This document shows positions 25,642-32,000 of a stretch of DNA of 32,000 nucleotides, piece by piece. The notes under the pieces are model-generated. The model made no database searches. It was not told the DNA's origin and saw only the letters and a list, made by a program, of their open reading frames with translations. Where the stretch lies: the NCBI GenBank assembly GCA_964565945.1, contig CAZMGY010000021.1, forward strand, positions 60,001-92,000, read 5' to 3'. How positions within the stretch are numbered: the stretch's first letter is position 1; each line of letters begins with the position of its first letter. The position numbers and the translations under genes were made by a program. This stretch comes from an uncultured bacterium. GTDB lineage: Bacteria; GCA-001730085.

Positions 25642-26682
25642 TTAAACAAACTCTGTCATCAAATCTAAGGAGGTTTTCTGCCTCCAAGAATCTATATTAT
25701 AGCCCAACTCTTTTGCCTGATCAAAACCTTGTTGACTCTGGTTAGTTTGTCCCAATACAGCATACGCTGCCGCTCGAGCAGCCAAAGCTGACGCAAATTG
25801 AGGATCGATCTCAATGGCTCGCGATAAATCTTGAATGGCTGTAGATATATTACCTAGTTTTAAATAATTCAAAGCACGATGATAGTAAGCATCCTCACGA
25901 CGAGGAGACTCCTCTAATAAGAGATCCCAATCTAACACTGTTAGGCGAATCGTTTTATACCTTTCTAAAAAATTCCCTCCACCATACCTGGGAAGTAACA
26001 AATTAAACACAGGTTCCTTATCAAACAAATGTTCCTCAATCACAACCTCACCATCAATGAAAAAACGGTTTGATTTGTGAAGTCCCTGCTCTGTATAAAT
26101 TTTGGCCACCCCCTGTTTTTGACCATGAACATAGTTGATTTCAAAAGCCAAAATACCCTTAGCGAAAAACTCTTTCATGACCCCTTGTAATTTCCCTTGA
26201 ACAAACAACATTTCTCGTCGTAAGGTCCCTTGCTCATCATACTCACGCACTTCTCCATCCCATAACCCATTTTTGAAATAATACTCCGCTAATGTCGTAC
26301 CATCCAGGTAGTATTCAATATACTTTCCATGTTTTTGACCTTGTTTATGTTGTACAAAAACCTGTAACTGTCCATTTTCGTAATACTGATAGCTATCACC
26401 ATCTAGAATATCATTTTGATAGCGATAGGAATAATGAACTTGCCCATTCGGATAAAATTCCTGTGCAACACCCTGCTTTTTGCCTTTTTCAAAGTGAACA
26501 ATCTGCATGAGCGATCCATCTTCAAAATAAACACGGCTCTCTCCTTGCTCAAGGCTATTCTCCAAAGTTTGTTCAAAACGCAAAGCCCCGCTAGGATAAT
26601 ACTCTTGAATAGCTTCTGCGCACAAATCACCTGCATAGAAGTTTATGAACCACAAGATAGACAACGCTGCAATGTATTTCAT
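25642..26682 (-). CDS. Secreted MORN-variant (YwqK-like) repeat protein with C-terminal TPR
   Basis: The MKYIAALSILW start (signal peptide) follows GGAGAGG. Repeated units read Y..G.L......F..GK..G....Y/F..NG. The C-terminus reads AYYHRALNYLKLGNISTAIQDLSRAIEIDPQFA (TPR). Confidence 0.65.
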   Translation of the reverse strand: MKYIAALSILWFINFYAGDLCAEAIQEYYPSGALRFEQTLENSLEQGESRVYFEDGSLMQIVHFEKGKKQGVAQEFYPNGQVHYSYRYQNDILDGDSYQYYENGQLQVFVQHKQGQKHGKYIEYYLDGTTLAEYYFKNGLWDGEVREYDEQGTLRREMLFVQGKLQGVMKEFFAKGILAFEINYVHGQKQGVAKIYTEQGLHKSNRFFIDGEVVIEEHLFDKEPVFNLLLPRYGGGNFLERYKTIRLTVLDWDLLLEESPRREDAYYHRALNYLKLGNISTAIQDLSRAIEIDPQFASALAARAAAYAVLGQTNQSQQGFDQAKELGYNIDSWRQKTSLDLMTEFV

Positions 26683-26736
26683 ACCTCTCCGTCTGCTATC
26701 TAGAGGCTTCATTTCCTTGCATCATATCTTAAGATA

Positions 26737-26771
26737 TAAAAACGAGCAGGGCTGTACCCCTGCTCGTTTTT
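26737..26771 (-). terminator. Rho-independent (bidirectional-type) terminator after the 26804-27130 gene
   Basis: CGAGCAGGG (26743-26751) pairs with CCCTGCTCG (26758-26766). An A-run and a T-run flank the stem. Confidence 0.7.
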
Positions 26772-26803
26772 AACTCGCAACCCTCGACCCAAGAGGCCCC
26801 ACA

Positions 26804-27130
26804 TTATCTAAAAACAATGTTTTCAGGCTCAATAATAGGCTCATATGCATCTGGAATAGGTAAAGGAAACGTCACAACTTCATAAGCACCTACAAGGCCT
26901 CTTGCAACAGTCATTCCAATTCCTCGAGCTAATCCTAAAGTAATTCCCATAATAGGATTAGACTCTTTGGTCTCCTCCATCACCTGATAAGGAACTTCGA
27001 CCCAACCAGTTACGATGTTACCTACCCCACGAACAAGTTTATTTCCAGCATGATCTGCATGCCCAGAACCAGCCCCAACAGACAGACCTACAACCAATAC
27101 AAATGCTACTAGTACGCAAGCCTTATTCAT
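26804..27130 (-). CDS. Small secreted protein, possibly exosortase-associated TIGR04073-like family
   Basis: Signal peptide present. KLVRGVGNIVTGWVEVP ... RGLVGAYEVVTFPLPIP..YEPIIEPE fits my recollection of that family. Not searched. Confidence 0.45.
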   Translation of the reverse strand: MNKACVLVAFVLVVGLSVGAGSGHADHAGNKLVRGVGNIVTGWVEVPYQVMEETKESNPIMGITLGLARGIGMTVARGLVGAYEVVTFPLPIPDAYEPIIEPENIVFR

Positions 27131-27232
27131 CTGGTTTCTCCTTTATGTTTATTACTAAACGTAAGCATAGCACAAAATGTTTCAACGAAACAAGTTTCAT
27201 TATATAAAATGCAATAAGAATTATTAATTCCC

Positions 27233-28639
27233 TTATAACCGATAAATTCGATAACCTTTCGCCACCATAATTTCCTCGCAAGTATCCAAAATATGGTTCA
27301 AAAAATCTTTGTGATGCCCATAGTTTTCCACTTCTGTCATCACAAAATACCGCGCCCCTTGCGCACGATAAGCCTCAAACTCTGTAATCAAATGCTTCGT
27401 ATCCAAGCCCTTAAAGAGATTAATGGTCCAACCTTGGCGGTGACAATAATACAAGCGACGGGTCGCAATCACCAAATCATCTTTTTCAGCATAGTTTTGC
27501 AAATCTTCACCAGCCTCTTGCGTATATCGATAATGCTCGGACAAGGAATAGGCCCTCGACAACTGCATCACCACGGAAATAATCAAAATAACATTTACCG
27601 TAGTCTTGATCCACTTGGCCACTTCTTTGGAAAAACCCATTTCCCCCTTACCCAGCTCAGCACCGATATAAATCGAAGCCATCGCCAAAAAAGGAAGCAA
27701 ATAAAACTTCTCTCGAACCCCCGTTTGATCCGTCATCAACAAAAGATAAATACCAAAACTCCCCATCCATATCGGCACAACACCTAAGTCCTCTTTCCGA
27801 TTTTTCCATAACGCCCAGAAAAAAAAGAAAAACCCTAATGGTGTTAATGTTTTCCCCGCCAAAAAGCCAAACATTTTTTCCCAATACCGCCCTGAAATTA
27901 AAAGATCCAAGGAAAAAAAGCGCCACAAGTCTCCTCCTAATAAAGCATGCCCTTGTCCAGTATCCCCCTGGGTTAAGTACTGCCAAATGCCCACAAGGAA
28001 AAAGGGAACAAAACACAAAACCCAAATCTGTTTTTGCCACAAAAATTCGCGCCTATTTTTTCGATAAAGCTGATACACCAAAGGAACCATTAAATAACAA
28101 GAAGACGGCCTGAGCAGCATTGCACAAGCACACAACAATGTCGACCAAAGCCATTCCCAGCGTCCTCCATGAGATGTCCAGCAATGCATGTAATACAAAG
28201 CACCTAGGGAACAACAGACAATCGCTGATTCAGGCAAATAAACCCGGGTGTACAAAATGCTCAAAGGCGATAACCAATAGACCAAACAGGCCCATATTGC
28301 TTCTTTACGTCCCAACATCATTTTAGTCCACAAAAAGAGGAAACGTAAACTTGCTAAACCAAACATAATCGCCAATAAACGTCCCCCCCATTCATGTACA
28401 TTCCCCGTCAAAATATAGGTGAGGCCTAAAAGATAGGGATAAACCGTGCTGTGAGCAAAATCATAGAACAGCACAGATCGATGAAAGTGCCCTAAATACA
28501 AATCCCTGGCTAACCAAGCCATTTGTGTTTGCGCCAGGGGCTCAACTTCCAATAAAGGTAATGTTATATAGGTAAGTCTTAAAATAAGCCCTCCAATAAC
28601 GCCCCATAGTAAACGGCGACTATACGTTTCCAACATCAC
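27233..28639 (-). CDS. Polytopic GT-C-type glycosyltransferase (GT39/ArnT/PMT-like)
   Basis: 468 aa with many TM segments and a soluble C-terminal domain. It sits in a polysaccharide gene context. Assigned from architecture only. Confidence 0.5.
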   Translation of the reverse strand: MMLETYSRRLLWGVIGGLILRLTYITLPLLEVEPLAQTQMAWLARDLYLGHFHRSVLFYDFAHSTVYPYLLGLTYILTGNVHEWGGRLLAIMFGLASLRFLFLWTKMMLGRKEAIWACLVYWLSPLSILYTRVYLPESAIVCCSLGALYYMHCWTSHGGRWEWLWSTLLCACAMLLRPSSCYLMVPLVYQLYRKNRREFLWQKQIWVLCFVPFFLVGIWQYLTQGDTGQGHALLGGDLWRFFSLDLLISGRYWEKMFGFLAGKTLTPLGFFFFFWALWKNRKEDLGVVPIWMGSFGIYLLLMTDQTGVREKFYLLPFLAMASIYIGAELGKGEMGFSKEVAKWIKTTVNVILIISVVMQLSRAYSLSEHYRYTQEAGEDLQNYAEKDDLVIATRRLYYCHRQGWTINLFKGLDTKHLITEFEAYRAQGARYFVMTEVENYGHHKDFLNHILDTCEEIMVAKGYRIYRL

Positions 28640-28708
28640 GAGTCAAAGCCTCCACAAGAGAATTTCTAACACATATCATCCCACTTAAATTGCGATCTTC
28701 AGGATAAA

Positions 28709-29050
28709 GTTACGTCGAATCAGAAGAAAAACAACCACCCTTCAAATAAAGATGCACATCAACAATAGGCTTATGCTTTAAAGCAAAAGAATAAAACAAC
28801 ATCAACAAACCGTAGCTTAGCCAAGTCAATGCAAAAAAGGCTTCCCCAAAAAACCCCCCAAAGTTAACGAAAGCACCCCAAGAGATGGAGCAATCATAGC
28901 CACTTGCTTAATCAAGATAAGTCTCGAAGCAAAATGATTGGGATCAACAATATCATTGATCATATATATAATGGAAGACAATAGGCAAAAAGGATTAAAT
29001 TCTTGATCCACTGCTGAACCCTCATCAGACAAATAATAACCACAATTCAA
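28709..29050 (-). pseudogene. Decayed UbiA-family prenyl/phosphoribosyl-transferase-like gene
   Basis: FCLLSSIIYMINDIVD matches the UbiA NDxxD region. The frame breaks at the homopolymer at 28833-38. Adding 1 nt joins ...GKPFF ALTWLSYGLLMLFYSFALKHKPIVDV... (the YS..LK motif). The gene then stops prematurely and lacks N- and C-terminal parts. Confidence 0.35.
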
Positions 29051-29559
29051 CTCCCGTCTTCGCTTCTTTGGATCCGTATATTATCCCATACTACTGGTTA
29101 TTTTTAAACTTCTGACGCAATGCCCGAAGAGGCTATCGTTTAATTTGCTTTAAAGCATCAATAAATGGCGTTTAGATCACTTTAAAATAGTCATTCTAGG
29201 GTTCACTTCGAAATTGTCACATGCCAGTTAAAGCTTTTAACTGCTCACAGTGGTAAGCCTTGGGCCATTTGAATGCCATCACGATCCACAGACATCGGTT
29301 TCCCCAAAAAACAACCCACAAGCCTAAGAAGCCCAACAAGCCTCCAAACTTTTCTGGCTATCGCCGTGTTAACACATTATTCTCAGCATCAGCCACAAGA
29401 TCACCCTATTTATTCTGAGAGTTCTCACCCCAGATCAAAAGTGGAATATTCATTTGCACCGCAATCCGCACAGGAATCGTAAAAATGATCAAATGTTCTG
29501 GCTAAGCGATTAACTCGTGAGCACACATGTTGAAGACTCTTATATCGTGACCCAAAATC

Positions 29560-30318
29560 TCAGTAAATACAGCCTGTTCGATGTAAAACTCTCTTGCGCC
29601 GTACTTTGATCCGCCACTTGTGCCACTTGCGCCAAGGATAGCGCCTCCACCACTTGCGCCAAAACACGCGCCGATTGGCCTTTTCGAAGTTATAGTTTAA
29701 TTGTTCTTTAACAGCGTCCACCGTTTTGCTCCCATAATGATGAATACAAACATCCGTTGTCACTGCCGTTTTTAAACCACAAGACTGCATCCTTAAAAAA
29801 AAGTCTTCATCCTCATATTTGCCCCAGCGAAAATTTTCATCAAAAAGACCCACCTCATCAAAAAGCGTCTTTCTTGCAAACAAAGCAACCCCACGAAATT
29901 CATCTTCGAACACAGTGCCCTCAAATACTTTACGATAACGCTTATTTTCTTGCTCCAAGTCGTAATCCATGGAACCTTCTTTTATCGCTGGAGAAACCAA
30001 CGCATAGGCATGCGATTGATAAAAGTGCTTAAGGCGCAGCAACCAATCACAAGGCACGTCAATATCATTGTTCACAATGCACACAAACTCACCACGTGCC
30101 GCACGCACACCTTGATTCCATGCTGCCGCACAACCTTGGTTCTTTTCGTTACGAATAAGTATTGCCTCAACACCTTCTAAATAATGTTGCGTTTCCTCCT
30201 GAGAGCCATTATCAATTAAAATCAACTCCAAGGACTCAAGAGGCGTCTTGAGGATCGAAACGATGCTTTGCTCTGTCCATTCCAAGTTATCTTTAACCGC
30301 CATAACCACCGATATCAT
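29560..30318 (-). CDS. Family 2 glycosyltransferase
   Basis: The MISVVMAVKDN start at 30318 forms an ATGA overlap with the upstream kinase-like gene stop. GT2 pattern: LILIDNGS, AAWNQG, VNNDIDV (DxD). Confidence 0.8.
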   Translation of the reverse strand: MISVVMAVKDNLEWTEQSIVSILKTPLESLELILIDNGSQEETQHYLEGVEAILIRNEKNQGCAAAWNQGVRAARGEFVCIVNNDIDVPCDWLLRLKHFYQSHAYALVSPAIKEGSMDYDLEQENKRYRKVFEGTVFEDEFRGVALFARKTLFDEVGLFDENFRWGKYEDEDFFLRMQSCGLKTAVTTDVCIHHYGSKTVDAVKEQLNYNFEKANRRVFWRKWWRRYPWRKWHKWRIKVRRKRVLHRTGCIY

Positions 30319-31970
30319 AACGCCAACTCCACATCCTGATCCACATAACCTGCATCGAGCAAGAGTGCTTGTTTTTGGGCATATAAATAATTTCGGTGCG
30401 TCAAAATATGCTGCGCATAGATGGGACATTTTTTTTGATAGGCTTTGAAAAAGGCTATCTCATGAAGAAGCAATAAACCTTCGGGAAAAGCACCCCACAT
30501 TTGTGAAATATTCTTTAACAACTGTCGTTGCGTCAAAGCACCGTTCAAGCGAACATGCCCATGATCTATTAAGTAAAACGTCCATTTGTGCTCGAAACTT
30601 TTAAGCACCAAGATATTGTCAGGCGTAAGATCATTGTGAAAAACATCCTTAGCATGCAAATCCCCAATAAAATCCCCAAGGTGACTCATAAACTGCAGTC
30701 TTTCTTTTTCGGTTTTGAGTGAACTGTAAAAAAATTTATCCGCATTTTGACTATCTGCCAAATAACGCATCACCAAGATACGCTTACGATAAAGATAAGC
30801 AATAGGCTTAGGAACTCGAACGCCAGCAAAAAAAAGGTTCACCGAATGTTGCCACTCGCGATGCATTTGCCCAATTTTCTTTAAAGACATACCCTTAATT
30901 TGTTTGCAACACAGGTGTCCCGTCAGGCTTAACTCGTGAAACACACGATAGGAGTGACTTTGTTTCAAAATATGCTCAGCACCAACATAGTCGGCTGAAC
31001 GAACAAGATTGGGAAGTTGAGCAAAAACACGTTTATAGCGAGGCATCCACTCGCCAATCATATTTCTTTGAACTTGAGCAATCTTGAGTGGGTACACGCG
31101 CAAAAAAGGTTTTTGATTGGCACATATTTTTTGAGAGATTCTATCAATATTTTCAAAGTACTTGCGCCAATGATGTGGAAAAAAGTTACGTTCCTTTTGG
31201 TATTGATTTAAAAAATAAAATTTTTCCGCCAAGGACAAAGCATCGCCAATAGAGCTATAAAGATAAACAAAGTTCATGACGACATTGTTAAGCGATATGT
31301 GTTCTACAAAATGAACCCGATGCAAATCGATAACATAAAACCATCTTTGCCCTTTGTCGTCATCCACTAATATGTTCGCGACATCTAAGTCCCGATGATA
31401 AAAACCGTGATTATGCATATGCGCCATAAAATCTGCAAACTGCTTAATGATAGCACGCCGTTCTAAAACAGTTTTTTTCTTAAAGGTCTCACGATACTCC
31501 AAACCATCTTTCATAGGCATCATATCTTCAACAATAAAAATACTTTCTTGAACGACTCCAAACCTTCTTCGTTCTGCATACAAAATAGGGGTAGGTGTCA
31601 ATATCCTTCTATGCTTTAATTGCCAAGAGGTCTTCCACTCGGTAAATCCTTTGGCTTTTTGTTTAAAAGTTTTAAGTTTATCTTTAAACCGTTTGAACAA
31701 ATACACCTTAACAACTAATGGGTACGTCACTCCTTTGTATTCGTAAGAGCGCCTAAGCACCTGGTGATAATCCGATTGACGTATAGATTCGCCCACACAA
31801 ATCGTTTGATCCATCACATCTCGTTCAATCATATGCAGCAGGTTGGGGGGGTAACCTTCGTTACCTATAAAGTTCCATCCATGTTTATTTTCGCACACAT
31901 GAGGCAATATATCATTCAAATGAGACAAGCCTTCGTGAAGAGGACAGCCACGCAAATGCCAGTAGATCAA
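30315..31970 (-). CDS. Tandem lipopolysaccharide-kinase (Kdo/WaaP/InaA-like) domain protein; the 5' end may lie beyond the window
   Basis: Two kinase catalytic-loop motifs: HNHGFYHRDLDVANILV and LHAKDVFHNDLTPDNILV, followed by YVIDLHRV and YLIDHGHV. The frame stays open from 31970 to base 32000, so the true start may be outside the window. Confidence 0.65.
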   Translation of the reverse strand: MIYWHLRGCPLHEGLSHLNDILPHVCENKHGWNFIGNEGYPPNLLHMIERDVMDQTICVGESIRQSDYHQVLRRSYEYKGVTYPLVVKVYLFKRFKDKLKTFKQKAKGFTEWKTSWQLKHRRILTPTPILYAERRRFGVVQESIFIVEDMMPMKDGLEYRETFKKKTVLERRAIIKQFADFMAHMHNHGFYHRDLDVANILVDDDKGQRWFYVIDLHRVHFVEHISLNNVVMNFVYLYSSIGDALSLAEKFYFLNQYQKERNFFPHHWRKYFENIDRISQKICANQKPFLRVYPLKIAQVQRNMIGEWMPRYKRVFAQLPNLVRSADYVGAEHILKQSHSYRVFHELSLTGHLCCKQIKGMSLKKIGQMHREWQHSVNLFFAGVRVPKPIAYLYRKRILVMRYLADSQNADKFFYSSLKTEKERLQFMSHLGDFIGDLHAKDVFHNDLTPDNILVLKSFEHKWTFYLIDHGHVRLNGALTQRQLLKNISQMWGAFPEGLLLLHEIAFFKAYQKKCPIYAQHILTHRNYLYAQKQALLLDAGYVDQDVELAL

Positions 31971-32000
31971 CCGCCAATAGGTTTGAGACTTAGACGAAAC

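Noticed and set aside
29273-29482. 69-aa plus-strand ORF (Pro/Ser/Gln-rich)
   Set aside because: It has no RBS and an odd composition. The opposite strand carries recognisable, though decayed, coding signal.
1-32000. CRISPR arrays, rRNA, retron-like or diversity-generating repeat structures
   Set aside because: I found no regularly spaced direct repeats, no rRNA-like segments and no reverse-transcriptase ORF on either strand.

Overview
The window has two parts.

**Part 1 (1 to ~20460): accessory island with mobilization genes.**
- It opens with a five-gene type I R-M cassette whose junctions all overlap: hsdM (5' end cut by the window edge), hsdS, a SIR2-like (DUF4917-type) gene, hsdR, and a DUF45/YgjP-type HExxH metallohydrolase.
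- After a 118-bp gap comes a 1750-aa ORF. It has an N-terminal Cap4/DUF4297-like PD-(D/E)xK nuclease signature, a central P-loop NTPase and about 1300 aa of unassignable helical sequence. I consider this the best candidate for an undescribed single-gene STAND/Avs-like immunity protein.
- The rest of the island carries two small orphan genes, ardA (anti-restriction), a SEC-C-motif protein, an AbiEi/AbiEii pair (toxin frameshifted), a mobC-relaxase module (relaxase broken twice) and a candidate oriT.
- The island ends at a tRNA-type 3' fragment at 20432-20462. A 14-bp copy of its acceptor end lies at 19811-19824. This suggests tRNA-targeted, possibly tandem, integration with the intact tRNA and integrase lying left of the window.

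**Part 2 (20487-32000): core-like chromosome.**
- Genes here are tgt, a cation/proton-antiporter-like membrane protein, a divergent serpin-like secreted protein, cutA, a MORN/TPR protein, a small secreted protein and an envelope-polysaccharide cluster. The cluster holds a GT-C glycosyltransferase, a GT2 and a tandem LPS-kinase-like protein.
- A decayed large serine recombinase, an IS3 transposase tail and decayed polysaccharide genes interrupt this region.

I saw no CRISPR array, rRNA or intact tRNA. All family assignments rest on motif reading by eye, with no database search.
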